Shown one piece after another: positions 28,513 through 38,658 of a stretch of DNA of 64,000 nucleotides. Source of the DNA: Bacillus thermozeamaize (GTDB lineage: Bacteria > Bacillota > Bacilli > ZCTH02-B2); the NCBI GenBank assembly GCA_002159075.1, contig LZRT01000085.1, positions 6,177 through 70,176 of the forward strand, in the 5' to 3' direction. Under the pieces are notes generated by a model that searched no databases, was not told the DNA's origin, and worked only from the letters and a program-made list of their open reading frames with translations. The translations under genes and the position numbers were made by a program. Within the stretch, counting starts at the first letter, position 1; every line of letters starts with the position of its first letter.

Positions 28513-30687
28513 CTATCTGTCTCCGCTGCGGAAGCGAATTTCGCTTTGGATGTTGTGTTTCTTCATTTTCTGGTAGAGGGTGGCACGGCTGATGCCAAGA
28601 CGCTGTGCCGCCTGGCTCCTGTTGCCCCCCGATTGTTCAAGAGCTTGGAGGATGGCTTGCTTTTCCACGTGGGCCAACAAGGTTTGGTGATTGTCTGGTG
28701 TGATTGCCGGAAACGCTTCCGGTTCCTCGGACCGATCAGTGGTTGCTGGTGAAGGAGGCATTTTCGACAGTGAAATGGATGGCGTTTTCCGTTGCAGTTC
28801 ATCTGGCAAGTGATGAGGCTCAATCCAGACCCCTTCGGCGAGGTGCATGGCCCTTTCCAGGACGTTTTCCAGTTCCCGCACGTTTCCTGGCCAGTCATGC
28901 CGCTGGAGAAGTTCCAGTGTCTGCGGTGTGATGCCGATCACCTGTTTTTTCATCTTTTGATTGAGCTTTTTAATCAGGTGTTCAGCTAGGATGGGGATGT
29001 CATCCAAGCGTTCCCGCAATGGGGGGATGTGGATGTGAATGACATGGATCCGGTAGTACAGGTCCTCACGGAAGGTGCCCTGGCGCACCATCTGCCGAAG
29101 ATCTTTGTTGGTGGCGGCGATGATCCGTACATCCACCTGTCTGGTTTGGGTGTCGCCCACGCGCTCAAACTTTTGTTCTTGCAGGACCCGTAGCAGTTTG
29201 GCCTGCAAGGCCAGCGGCATGTCGCCAATTTCGTCAAGGAAGAGGGTGCCCCGATCGGCCAGTTCGAACTTGCCCGGCTTACCTCCTTTTCGCGCACCGG
29301 TAAAGGCGCCCTCGGCATATCCGAAAAACTCCGATTCCAACAATTCAGCGGGAATGGCGGCACAGTTGACCTTCACGAAGTTGCCGGGCCGGCCCGATTC
29401 CTCGTGGATGGCTTCTGCAAAAAGTTCTTTGCCCGTCCCGCTTTCTCCGGTAATGAGGACAGTGGAGGATCCTTCCGACGCGAGATACGCCTCATTTTTT
29501 ATTTTTGTTATTTTTTCATCTTTTGAGACGATCCGATCAAAGGCGCTTTTCTGGGTCATCCGATTCAATTCGCCACGATAATAGCTGAGTTCGCTCTCCA
29601 GTTGCTCCAGCCTGCGGAAGACGTCTTTCCATTGGTCCAATTTGTGAAAAATGATTTTGGCGATCGCGCCTTCGCACTTCCCGCTACGGATAATCGGTTG
29701 CAAGGTGACGACGCATTTTTTGCCGCGGATTTCTCTAATTTCCCCTTCGATGCGTCGTTTATGGGACAGAATTTCCTGGATTGGCAGCTCGGGTGTGACC
29801 ACCGCGGCCGGGTATCCCACCACCTCGTTGTGATCCAGTTGGTAGATGTCCAGGAAAGCAGGGTTGACCTTCGTGATCTTGCCGTGTTCGTCCGTGATCA
29901 TCACGCCGTCGTACGAAAGCTGCAGGGCGCTGTCAAGCGTGCGTTCCAGTTTCTTTGTCGTCTCCAGTTCTTTTGCCACATTTTCATATGAAGTGATGTC
30001 TTTCAGAACGGCTACCGCTCCGGTGATGTTCCCCCAGTCGAGAAGAGGGACAAAGGACCCGATGACGGTGACGGAGGCGAGGCGGATGCGGCATGGCTCC
30101 CGCCGTTCGCCTTTTTCCAGAGCGAGATAGAAATACTCATACAACTCGGGGAAGATGCTGTCAACCGGCTGCCCCAAAACCTTGTGGCGGGGGTAGCCGA
30201 ACAACTCTTCGGCTGCATGGTTATAGGTGACCACCTGATATTGCAGATTGACGGATATGACGGCGTCCTGAAGTTGTTCGACGAGGGCGCGGGTCTGATT
30301 CAGAAGCAACTCCGTCTCGCTGAGAAAGCCGCGGATGATATCTGCCTGTCCCATGACGCCGACGACGCGGTCTTGCTCATCCAGAACCACGCCATGCGCC
30401 ACGTTGTTCTCGATAAAGGTGTCCTTGGCAAATTCGAGCGTATCATCTTGGTAAAAGCTGACCACGTTGCGCCGAATCGCGGGAGCGATCGGGGCGTCCA
30501 GGGAGTGTCCGGCCAGGAGCAAACGGTATAGCGTGTATTTTGTGACAATGCCTTCCAGGTGGCCTTCGGAGTCGGTGACGCAGGCGATGCCGATCCGATG
30601 TTCAAGGAAAGCTTTCAGACAATCCCGTATCGTGTGCTCAGGCGTGATGGAGATGAATTCACGCGTCGAAAACTCCCGGACTAACAC
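28513..30687 (-). CDS. Sigma-54-dependent transcriptional activator (CBS-PAS-AAA+-HTH), paralog of the EBP at 7364-9553
   Basis: Same domain order as the first EBP and roughly 70 percent identical to it. Motifs [22 protein letters not shown] and C-terminal HTH. GTG start sits 6 nt after AGGAGGG. Confidence 0.85.
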   Translation of the reverse strand: MLVREFSTREFISITPEHTIRDCLKAFLEHRIGIACVTDSEGHLEGIVTKYTLYRLLLAGHSLDAPIAPAIRRNVVSFYQDDTLEFAKDTFIENNVAHGVVLDEQDRVVGVMGQADIIRGFLSETELLLNQTRALVEQLQDAVISVNLQYQVVTYNHAAEELFGYPRHKVLGQPVDSIFPELYEYFYLALEKGERREPCRIRLASVTVIGSFVPLLDWGNITGAVAVLKDITSYENVAKELETTKKLERTLDSALQLSYDGVMITDEHGKITKVNPAFLDIYQLDHNEVVGYPAAVVTPELPIQEILSHKRRIEGEIREIRGKKCVVTLQPIIRSGKCEGAIAKIIFHKLDQWKDVFRRLEQLESELSYYRGELNRMTQKSAFDRIVSKDEKITKIKNEAYLASEGSSTVLITGESGTGKELFAEAIHEESGRPGNFVKVNCAAIPAELLESEFFGYAEGAFTGARKGGKPGKFELADRGTLFLDEIGDMPLALQAKLLRVLQEQKFERVGDTQTRQVDVRIIAATNKDLRQMVRQGTFREDLYYRIHVIHIHIPPLRERLDDIPILAEHLIKKLNQKMKKQVIGITPQTLELLQRHDWPGNVRELENVLERAMHLAEGVWIEPHHLPDELQRKTPSISLSKMPPSPATTDRSEEPEAFPAITPDNHQTLLAHVEKQAILQALEQSGGNRSQAAQRLGISRATLYQKMKKHNIQSEIRFRSGDR

Positions 30688-30713
30688 AAATTTCCCTCCT
30701 GTATAAAAAAATA

Positions 30714-30727
30714 GACAAATGTATGAT
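30714..30727. promoter_or_regulatory. Possible UAS-like site (AGACAAATGTATGA)
   Basis: Partial match (GACAAATGTAT) to the TTACAAATGTA motif, about 130 bp upstream of the sigma-54 promoter at 30851. Confidence 0.25.
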
Positions 30728-30850
30728 TTTAATCTACTTGTTTATCCTATCATCCATTTGGGTGTTCTGCAAATCAAATGATTACCAAGAATCAAGACAT
30801 TTTTATGAAGAATTTTTTACCCGAGAAATGATGGCGTGTTTTTTTGACGT

Positions 30851-30866
30851 TGGCATACTTTTTGCT
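30851..30866 (+). promoter_or_regulatory. Sigma-54 (-24/-12) promoter, TGGCATACTTTTTGCT
   Basis: GG-N10-GC element lies in the divergent region between EBP2 and the Acs-like gene. Confidence 0.55.
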
Positions 30867-30947
30867 GATTTTAGATGGGTGAAATACTTCTTTTATTTCA
30901 TTCATCCGAGAATTTTGGAATAAACATGCAGAAGAGAGGGGAGTGCA

Positions 30948-32912
30948 ATGGAAATTTACGGACACGAAGAATCTTTGAAGATGATTCAGCAAGCGCGCTT
31001 GATCGAACCTTCTGAGTCGATTCGCAGTGTCTCCTACGTCCGCAGTATGAATGAGTATCAACAAAAGTATGAAAAGACAAAGGCGTCTCCCGAATTGTTC
31101 TGGGAAGAGGTGGCCAAAGAGCTCCGTTGGATGGCGCCTTGGAAGGAGGTGCTTACGGGCAGTTTGCCTGATTTCCAGTTTTTTCGCGGGGGCATGATCA
31201 ATATTTGCGACAACTGCGTGGATCGACACCTGGAGACGCACCGGCGAAACAAGGCGGCCATTATTTGGGAAGGAGAAGACGGAAGTTCCAAAGTTCTTAC
31301 TTACCAGATGCTGCACGACGAAGTGTGCCGTTTCGCCAATGTTTTGAAAAGGCACGGCGTGAAAAAAGGGGATGTCATTTCGGTTTACATGCAAAATTTG
31401 CCTGAGACGTTCATCGCGTTGTTGGCCTGTTTCCGCATCGGGGCGGTGTACAATACGGTGTTTGCCGGGTTTTCGCCGGAGGCGCTGCGTGAGCGGATCA
31501 ATGATTCCAAAGCCAAGATCCTGATCACCGCTGATGTCAGTTACCGCCGCGGGCGGGTGATTCCCCTGAAAGAAAACGCCGATAAGGCGATCGCAGAGGC
31601 GCCGACCATTGAAAAGGTGATTGTTTTTCGCAGGGGCGGCGTCGAGGTGCCGATGACCCCCGGCAGGGATCTCGACTGGTCCGAGGAAATGCAAGGAGCG
31701 GGCCGGGATTATCCATGCGAACCTGTGGAAGCGAACGAACCGGGCTTGTTGATTTATACCAGCGGCACAAGCGGGAAGCCGAAAGGGATTGTTCACGCAC
31801 ACGGCGGGTTTTTAGTGGGAACCTATGCCTATACCAAGTATTCCCTGGATCTGCAGGAGCGGGACATCTATTGGAATACCGCCGATATCGGCTGGTTGAC
31901 GTCGCACATTTTCGTCCTGGTGGGCGGACTGGCTTTGGGCGCGACGGTGATCTTGTATGAAGGGGCGTTGGATCATCCCCATCCGGGCCGTGTCTACGAA
32001 ATGATCGAACGCTACCGGGTAAACAAATTGTTTTCGGCACCCACCGCTTACCGGATGTTGGTCAAATTCGGCAAGGAGTTGCCGCAACAGTACGATCTGA
32101 GCAGCTTAGAGCTGTTCGCTTCCGTCGGTGAGCCGTTCAACCCCGAAGCCTGGGAGTGGGTGTACCGGCATCTGGGTGGGGGAAAAGCGGTCATTTCCAA
32201 TACCTGGGGGCAGACGGAAACGGGCGGCACGCCGTTGTGCGGCTTGCCCGGGGCGGTGCCGATGAAACCCGGTTCTTGCGGCGTGCCGCTTTTCGGCCAT
32301 GTATTGGACATTGTGGATGAAAAGGGAGAGTCCTGTCCCGATGGAGTGCCGGGAAACTTGATCATCCGCCGGCCGTTTCCCTCGTTGGCAAGGGATGTGT
32401 ATGGCGATCGGGAACGTTATCTCAACACCTACTTTTCACAGGTGCCTGGGGCCTATTTCACAGGGGACGCGGCAGTGCGGGATGCGGATGGGCACTATTG
32501 GGTGCTCGGGAGGACGGATGATGTGATCAATGTGTCCGGCCACCGCATTTCGACGATGGAAATGGAAAGCGCTCTCGTCGCCTATCCCAATGTCGTGGAG
32601 GCGGCTGTGGTGGAAAAACCTGATCCGATTAAAGGAGCGGTTCCCGTTGCCTTTGTCCTGCTTGAACCGGGTACGGAGAAGTCCAAGGAACTGGAAGAGG
32701 CGCTGATGAACCAAGTGGTTCAGGAAATTGGCGCCTTTGCCCGGCCGGCACGCATCTACCTCGTCGACGCCCTGCCGCGGACACGGAGTGGAAAAATCAT
32801 TCGCCGCATGCTGCGGGAGTTGGTGACGGAAGGACAAGTGAAGGGGGACAGGACTGGGCTTGAGGATGCCGACGCTTTGGAGCAGCTGATGAAAGATATC
32901 GGGAATGTGTGA
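30948..32912 (+). CDS. Acetyl/propionyl-CoA synthetase-like (Acs family, AMP-forming)
   Basis: 654 aa. Acs-type N-terminal region ...FFRGGMINICDNCVDRHLE. AMP-binding motif YTSGTSGKPKGI. ATG follows AGGGGAG. Confidence 0.85.
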   Translation: MEIYGHEESLKMIQQARLIEPSESIRSVSYVRSMNEYQQKYEKTKASPELFWEEVAKELRWMAPWKEVLTGSLPDFQFFRGGMINICDNCVDRHLETHRRNKAAIIWEGEDGSSKVLTYQMLHDEVCRFANVLKRHGVKKGDVISVYMQNLPETFIALLACFRIGAVYNTVFAGFSPEALRERINDSKAKILITADVSYRRGRVIPLKENADKAIAEAPTIEKVIVFRRGGVEVPMTPGRDLDWSEEMQGAGRDYPCEPVEANEPGLLIYTSGTSGKPKGIVHAHGGFLVGTYAYTKYSLDLQERDIYWNTADIGWLTSHIFVLVGGLALGATVILYEGALDHPHPGRVYEMIERYRVNKLFSAPTAYRMLVKFGKELPQQYDLSSLELFASVGEPFNPEAWEWVYRHLGGGKAVISNTWGQTETGGTPLCGLPGAVPMKPGSCGVPLFGHVLDIVDEKGESCPDGVPGNLIIRRPFPSLARDVYGDRERYLNTYFSQVPGAYFTGDAAVRDADGHYWVLGRTDDVINVSGHRISTMEMESALVAYPNVVEAAVVEKPDPIKGAVPVAFVLLEPGTEKSKELEEALMNQVVQEIGAFARPARIYLVDALPRTRSGKIIRRMLRELVTEGQVKGDRTGLEDADALEQLMKDIGNV

Positions 32913-32941
32913 AGCCAAAAGGGAAAGGAGGAAGGGAAGGC

Positions 32942-33316
32942 ATGGAGAACCGCGATCAACGCGCGATGATCGGCATGTTGTTTATCGTTTGTGTCTTGAT
33001 TGCCGGCATGTTGCTCAACCAATGGGCGGTGGTTCTGTATGCGGGCCTGGCGTTAATCGGAGTGAGTCTTGTCGCCGGCATGCGAACCACTCTCTTGCCG
33101 GCGATGGTCGCCCTCATCTATGCATTGTTGTTTTCTCTCACGGTCTGGCTGAGCTTTTTGCAACCCGACGCTTACATCTTGGGCTGGCGGCCCGCAACGT
33201 TTATCGTCGTTTACCTCATCTGGCCGCTCGGTTCCATCCTCGGGGTCTTTTACGCGGTGCTGTTCTCCAAGGAACAGCGAACATTGTCCAACCGGGCCAG
33301 GGGATTGGAAGGATAG
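32942..33316 (+). CDS. Small membrane protein (3-4 TM), unknown function
   Basis: 124 aa hydrophobic protein. Strong RBS AAAGGAGGAAGGGAAGG. Lies between the Acs-like gene and the SSS transporter. Confidence 0.5.
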   Translation: MENRDQRAMIGMLFIVCVLIAGMLLNQWAVVLYAGLALIGVSLVAGMRTTLLPAMVALIYALLFSLTVWLSFLQPDAYILGWRPATFIVVYLIWPLGSILGVFYAVLFSKEQRTLSNRARGLEG

Positions 33317-33343
33317 GCTGAGCATGGGAAGGGGGATATCTAG

Positions 33344-34813
33344 ATGAACAGTATCATTCTGGTGATTGCCATCCTTTATTTGCTTATAACGATGGGGATT
33401 GGAATTTGGGCGGTCAAGCGCACCAAGAGCAGCGGGGATTTCTTTATTGCGGGCCGCAATATCGGGATGTTGACGATGGCCATCGCCGCCTTCGCTTCGA
33501 TTCAAAGCGGCTTTGGTGTCGTCGGCGGGGTTTCGCAAACCTTCAGCAACGGATTGGGATTTGTGGTGGGAGTGATGTTTGCCGCGCCGCTCGGGTTTGC
33601 CCTGACGTGGTTTCTTGTGGGAAGAAAAATTTGGCGGCTCGGGGGTTTGGGCGAGATTTACACGTTAGGGGATCTGGTGGCCAAGCGTTACAATAGCGAA
33701 TCCGTGCGCTTTTGGCTTTCCGTCGCCATTTTTCTCGGTGTGATCGGGTATTTGGGCACTCAGGTGCAGGCAATGGGTGTGGTGATGCAGGCTATCTTCG
33801 GGGGGCCGCTGTTGCTCGGTTCTTTCATTGGTTTGGCGATCATGGCCATTTATAGTGCCATCGGCGGCATGGTGGCGGGAGTTTACACCGATTTGTTCCA
33901 GGGAATTCTGATGGTGCTCGCGGCGGTCGTCGTTTTTTTCTCCGCGTTGCGGGCAGGCGGAGGGGTGCTTGAGATCAACCAGACGCTGCATGCAGAAAAT
34001 CCGGACTTGACGTCGCCGTTCGGGATGATGCCGCTCATCACCATCTTTTGCTGGTTTGTGTTATTCAGCCTCGGTGCGGCCGGACAACCGCATTTTTTGA
34101 CCAAGTTCTTGATGGTGAAAAACGAAAAGGAGTTGAAATGGGGCGCTTTTACATCATCGTTCGCCTACATGCTTTCGACCTTGATCGCGATCGGGATTGG
34201 GTTGGCCGCCTTGTCGCTGTCGATCAAAGGGGAATTTCCGAAGATTTCTTCCCCGGATCAGACATTGACCACCTTTTTGCTGGAATACGCTTCGCCTGTC
34301 GTGGCGGGCCTGGTGATGGCCGGTCTGATGGCGGCGATCATGTCGACGGGCAGCAGTTTTGTCAATTTGGGAGCGGCTTGCATTGTCAGGGATATTCCGA
34401 AAGCACTGGGGATTCAGGTGAAGAATGAGCTGTTCTGGAGCCGGATGGTGACATTGTTGTTGTTTGTGCTCTCATTTCTCTTTGCCGTGTATATGGATAC
34501 GCTGGTGGCGCTTTTAGGCGTGTTTGGTTGGGGAACCTTCGCCACCACCATTTTTCCTGCGGTGGTGCTGGGGCTGTTATGGGAGGGCGCGACGGCCGCG
34601 GGGGCCGTGAGCAGCATTGTGGTTGGATTGGTGCTGAGTTTTGTTTTGGAGGTCGGCGGAAAGTATGGACTCAAGGTGCTTCCTCCGGGCGTGATCAATG
34701 GTGCCTTTACGTTTGCCGTTTCGATTGCGGTGTTTATCGCTGTCTCCATGTTGACGCAGCAGCGGCAAGCGGAACTGGATCATGAGGTGCGCAAGATTGT
34801 CAATGAGGCGTGA
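33344..34813 (+). CDS. Sodium:solute symporter family transporter (SSS; ActP/monocarboxylate permease-like)
   Basis: 489 aa polytopic protein. SSS-family N-terminal pattern ...GDFFIAGRNIG.... Confidence 0.85.
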   Translation: MNSIILVIAILYLLITMGIGIWAVKRTKSSGDFFIAGRNIGMLTMAIAAFASIQSGFGVVGGVSQTFSNGLGFVVGVMFAAPLGFALTWFLVGRKIWRLGGLGEIYTLGDLVAKRYNSESVRFWLSVAIFLGVIGYLGTQVQAMGVVMQAIFGGPLLLGSFIGLAIMAIYSAIGGMVAGVYTDLFQGILMVLAAVVVFFSALRAGGGVLEINQTLHAENPDLTSPFGMMPLITIFCWFVLFSLGAAGQPHFLTKFLMVKNEKELKWGAFTSSFAYMLSTLIAIGIGLAALSLSIKGEFPKISSPDQTLTTFLLEYASPVVAGLVMAGLMAAIMSTGSSFVNLGAACIVRDIPKALGIQVKNELFWSRMVTLLLFVLSFLFAVYMDTLVALLGVFGWGTFATTIFPAVVLGLLWEGATAAGAVSSIVVGLVLSFVLEVGGKYGLKVLPPGVINGAFTFAVSIAVFIAVSMLTQQRQAELDHEVRKIVNEA

Positions 34814-34851
34814 CCGTGATGAAGTCATCTGGGATGAGAGGGGAATGAGGC

Positions 34852-36411
34852 ATGGATGTGGGTTACCTGTTGCGGCGAATCACTGGCGAGACATGCGGCA
34901 TTGATGCGCAACAAGTGGCCTTGCAGTTGGAGGATGGCCCGCGCTGGACGTATCAGGAGCTGCATGAGGTGAGTAACCGGTATGCCAATGCGTTTTTAAG
35001 CATGGGTGTGCAAAAAGGGGACCGGATAGGGATCCTGTTATACAACTGTTTGGAGTACTGGGCCGTTTACTTCGCCGCCGCAAAAATCGGGGCGATTGCG
35101 GTGCGGCTCAACTTCCGCCTTGTCAGTGAAGAGCTGGAGTACGCGTTAAACGACTCGGGGACGAAGATCTTGTGTTTGGAGCCGGCTTTCGTGGAACGGA
35201 TTGAGCCGATTCGCGACCTGGTGCCCGTGACGAAATACATCTGTTTGTGCAGAGAAGGGGAATCTTGCCCGGACTGGTGCGAACCTTGGGAAGTGTTGAT
35301 GGAAGGGGAGCCCGTTGTAAGCGCTTCGATTCCGATCGATGCACAGGATCCGGTGATGTTGATGTATACCTCGGGAACGACCGGAAGACCCAAGGGAGCT
35401 CTGTGGACCCACGCCAACACGCTCTGGTTTTCTTCGATGCAGGTGATGAAATGGGGACTGTGCGCGACCGATGTCAGCATGACGACGGGACCGTTGTATC
35501 ACGTCGGTGCAATGGAGGACTTGGCGCTGCCGACGTTGCTGGCAGGCGGGCGGGTGATCATCACCAAGAGCGGCGGGTTTGACATCCGGCGTGTCTTGAG
35601 GGTCATGGAAAAAGAGAAGGTGACCTATGCGTTGTTGTTTCCCTTCATGATATACGACATGTTGAATCTGGAGGATTTGGCTGCCTATTCGTTGCCCGGG
35701 ATGAAAGCCATCCTCTCCGGCGGCGATCCGGTGATGCCCTGGGCGATTGAGCGGTTAAATGAGCAATTTCCGCATGTCGGCTTGATCCAGATCTACGGTC
35801 TGACAGAAGGCACGCCCATTGCGGCTTCCCTAGACCCGCAGGATGCGGCTGTCAAAGGGCACACCGTCGGCAAACCGTTGCCATTGGTGGAGATCAAGAT
35901 CGCAGATGATTCTGGGCGCACGCTGAAGCGGGGTGAGATTGGCGAAATCTGGATCAAGAGTCCCGCTGTCGCCAGGGAATACTGGGGCAAGCCGGAGGCG
36001 ACGCGGGATACTTTTGTTGACGGCTGGTGCAAGACGGGCGATCTGGGCCGGATCGACGAAGAGGGGTACCTGATCATTTCAGGACGGAAAAAGGATATGA
36101 TCCGCAGCGGGGGAGAAAATATCTATCCGGCGGAACTGGAGGATGTGCTGATCCGTCATCCGGGAATCAAAGATGTGGCCATCATCGGAGTTCCCGATCC
36201 AAAATATTTGGAAGCGGTCTGCGCCGTGATTGTCCCCAAGCCCGAAGCTGAATTGACGGAAGAGGAAGTGATCCGCTACAGCCGGGAGCATCTGGCTGGA
36301 TATAAAACGCCCCGGCATGTGGTATTCGTGGAGGAATTGCCCCGAACGCCATCCGGAAAGATTACCAAGTACAAGTTGCGGGAAGCGTATCGCCATCTAG
36401 GCGAACGGTGA
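34852..36411 (+). CDS. AMP-dependent acyl-CoA synthetase/ligase
   Basis: AMP-binding motif YTSGTTGRPKGA. Length 519 aa. Confidence 0.85.
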   Translation: MDVGYLLRRITGETCGIDAQQVALQLEDGPRWTYQELHEVSNRYANAFLSMGVQKGDRIGILLYNCLEYWAVYFAAAKIGAIAVRLNFRLVSEELEYALNDSGTKILCLEPAFVERIEPIRDLVPVTKYICLCREGESCPDWCEPWEVLMEGEPVVSASIPIDAQDPVMLMYTSGTTGRPKGALWTHANTLWFSSMQVMKWGLCATDVSMTTGPLYHVGAMEDLALPTLLAGGRVIITKSGGFDIRRVLRVMEKEKVTYALLFPFMIYDMLNLEDLAAYSLPGMKAILSGGDPVMPWAIERLNEQFPHVGLIQIYGLTEGTPIAASLDPQDAAVKGHTVGKPLPLVEIKIADDSGRTLKRGEIGEIWIKSPAVAREYWGKPEATRDTFVDGWCKTGDLGRIDEEGYLIISGRKKDMIRSGGENIYPAELEDVLIRHPGIKDVAIIGVPDPKYLEAVCAVIVPKPEAELTEEEVIRYSREHLAGYKTPRHVVFVEELPRTPSGKITKYKLREAYRHLGER

Positions 36412-36456
36412 GTATCGCCGGGCAAGATGTTTGACGGTAAACAAGTGTATATTTTT

Positions 36457-36470
36457 GCTTACAAATGTAT
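36457..36470. promoter_or_regulatory. Candidate UAS (CTTACAAATGTATA)
   Basis: Same TTACAAATGTA motif, about 75 bp upstream of the sigma-54 promoter at 36537. Confidence 0.35.
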
Positions 36471-36536
36471 AGTTCTCTTGCTGGTTTTCATCACGTCGAT
36501 TCCCGTGTTTAACGTCAGAAAATGGAATGAAAGTAT

Positions 36537-36552
36537 TGGCACGGAATTTGCT
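36537..36552 (+). promoter_or_regulatory. Sigma-54 (-24/-12) promoter, TGGCACGGAATTTGCT
   Basis: Near-consensus TGGCAC-N5-TTGCT element upstream of the carboxyltransferase gene. Confidence 0.6.
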
Positions 36553-36658
36553 TCTTAAACATCAATGAATGGCACAAGCGATCTTTGGCGAGAAGCTGCC
36601 ATGATTCGATGGATGTTCATGCAACAAGCGCTACGGGCTAGAACGAGGAGGACAGTGA

Positions 36659-38188
36659 ATGGCTCAGACGAATGAAAAACTGCTTGCCGAAAAAGAGCGG
36701 ATACTGCGTGGAGGTGCGCAGAAATATCACGAAAAAAACGCGGAACAGGGCAAACTGTTTGTCCGCAAGCGCCTGGAACTGCTGTTTGATCCCGGATCGA
36801 TCGTGGAAGATGGACTGTTTGCCAATAACGAGGATCCCGATTTGCCTGCCGACGCCACGGTGACAGGCATCGGAACCATCGGGGGGCGGCCGGTCTGCTT
36901 TTTTGCCGCTGATTCAACCGTGAAGGCCGGTTCCTGGGGAGCCAAATCGGTCGAAAAGAACATCCGGATTCAAGAGAAGGCCATGGCTTTGAAAATCCCG
37001 ATTCTCTATCTGATTGACTCAGCCGGTGCCCGGATTACCGATCAGATTGAAATGTTTCCTGGCCGCCGTCATGCTGGAAGAATTTTTTACAACCAGGTGC
37101 AACTGTCCGGAGTGGTGCCGCAGATCGCGATTCTGTTCGGTCCATCGCCGGCCGGCGCCGCTTATGTGCCCGCCTTTTGCGACTTGGTGATCATGGTGGA
37201 ACACAATGCCAGCGCCTATCTCGGTTCGCCGCGGATGGTCGAGGTGGCGATCGGGGAAAAGGTGAGCATGGAAAAGATGGGCGGCGCCAGGATGCATTGT
37301 ACCGTGAGCGGTCTGGGGGATGTGCTGGTGCAAACGGAGGAAGAGGCCATCGAGGTGTGCAAACAATACCTTTCTTACATGCCCCAGAACTTTCGTGAAA
37401 AACCGGCTGTCGTCGAGGCCCGGCCGCCGGCAGAAGGGCGCCGGATTGGCGAGATCATCCCGGAGAACCAGAATGCGCCGTTTGACATGTACGAGTTGAT
37501 CGATCGGATCATCGACCGGGACAGCTGGTTCGAAATCAAGAAATTGTATGCCCCCGAGATCATTACCGGCTTGGCGCGGATGGATGGCAAGGTGGTCGGT
37601 ATCGTCGCCAACCAGCCCAAGGTGAAAGGCGGCACGCTGTTTATCGATTCGTCGGACAAGGCGGCACGGTTTATCTGGTTGTGCAACGCTTTTTCCATTC
37701 CGCTGTTGTTTTTGGCGGACGTGCCCGGTTTCATGATCGGCTCGCAGGTGGAGCGGGCGGGGATCATCCGCCATGGCGCGAAAATGATTTCTGCCGTCTC
37801 CGAGGCGACGGTGCCCAAACTCTCGGTGATCGTCCGCAAGTGTTATGGCGCCGGTCTGTATGCCATGGCAGGGCCAGCCTTTGAACCGGACGCTTGTATC
37901 GCTTTGCCGTCTGCCTCCATTGCCGTCATGGGCCCGGAGGCGGCAGTCAACGCGGTGTACTACAACAAAATACAGGAACTTCCCGAGGAGGAGCGGGCGG
38001 AATTTATTGCCCGGAAACGCCAGGAATACGCGGCAGATATTGATATTTACCGCGTTGCTTCCGAGCTGATTGTGGATGAGATTATTCCTTTTGACCATTT
38101 GCGCCAGGAAGTCATTCGCCGTTTCCGCCTGTACGAGAGCAAAAGCGTGACCCTGCCTGAAAAACGCAATCCGGTTCATCCCGTTTAG
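36659..38188 (+). CDS. Acyl-CoA carboxylase carboxyltransferase subunit (paralog of 12190-13791)
   Basis: 509 aa. N-terminus ...EKERILRGGAQKYHEKNAEQGKLFVRKRLELLFDP. C-terminus is the same as in the first copy (..KR.PV.PV). ATG follows GAGGAGG. Confidence 0.85.
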   Translation: MAQTNEKLLAEKERILRGGAQKYHEKNAEQGKLFVRKRLELLFDPGSIVEDGLFANNEDPDLPADATVTGIGTIGGRPVCFFAADSTVKAGSWGAKSVEKNIRIQEKAMALKIPILYLIDSAGARITDQIEMFPGRRHAGRIFYNQVQLSGVVPQIAILFGPSPAGAAYVPAFCDLVIMVEHNASAYLGSPRMVEVAIGEKVSMEKMGGARMHCTVSGLGDVLVQTEEEAIEVCKQYLSYMPQNFREKPAVVEARPPAEGRRIGEIIPENQNAPFDMYELIDRIIDRDSWFEIKKLYAPEIITGLARMDGKVVGIVANQPKVKGGTLFIDSSDKAARFIWLCNAFSIPLLFLADVPGFMIGSQVERAGIIRHGAKMISAVSEATVPKLSVIVRKCYGAGLYAMAGPAFEPDACIALPSASIAVMGPEAAVNAVYYNKIQELPEEERAEFIARKRQEYAADIDIYRVASELIVDEIIPFDHLRQEVIRRFRLYESKSVTLPEKRNPVHPV

Positions 38189-38329
38189 ATGATCTTGCCG
38201 GTTCCTTTGCTACATGCGATTTGGCTTGCGAGTTTTGTGATTTAAAGATAAATGCACAGATAAATTCTTGTGATGCCATGCTTTCAACTAAAATACTCTA
38301 AACTTATCCGATAAGGGAGATGTGTTCGC

Positions 38330-38539
38330 ATGAATGTGACATCCAGCATGAGTGGGACTGTGTTTCGGATTCTGGTTCAGCCGGGGGATCAGGTAAACCC
38401 GGGTGACGAGGTGATGATTTTGGAATCAATGAAAATGGAAATCCCGATTGTCGCTGAGGAGGGCGGTACTGTAAAAGAAGTCCGGGTCGCGGAGGGAGAG
38501 TTTGTCCAGGAAGGTGATGTGGTGGTCGTGCTCGGGTAA
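38330..38539 (+). CDS. Biotin carboxyl carrier protein (free-standing biotinyl domain, 69 aa)
   Basis: Biotinyl-lysine motif context ILESMKMEIP (variant of EAMKM). ATG follows AAGGGAG. Confidence 0.8.
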   Translation: MNVTSSMSGTVFRILVQPGDQVNPGDEVMILESMKMEIPIVAEEGGTVKEVRVAEGEFVQEGDVVVVLG

Positions 38540-38658
38540 CGAGCGGGCATGGGCTCGGATTGGGGCTGAAGGCGCAGGGGAAGAGTCTATGGTGAAACAC
38601 GTGCTGCGGACACCGACAAGTGACTGTGTTCGGGAAGTGGGGGAAGGAGTGGAAAGAG

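Noticed and set aside
38189-38329. Possible fifth sigma-54 promoter upstream of BCCP (tggcttgcgagttttgt)
   Set aside because: The spacing gives GG-N10-TG rather than GC at -12 and there is no TTACAAATGTA motif upstream. BCCP is probably co-transcribed from the 36537 promoter.
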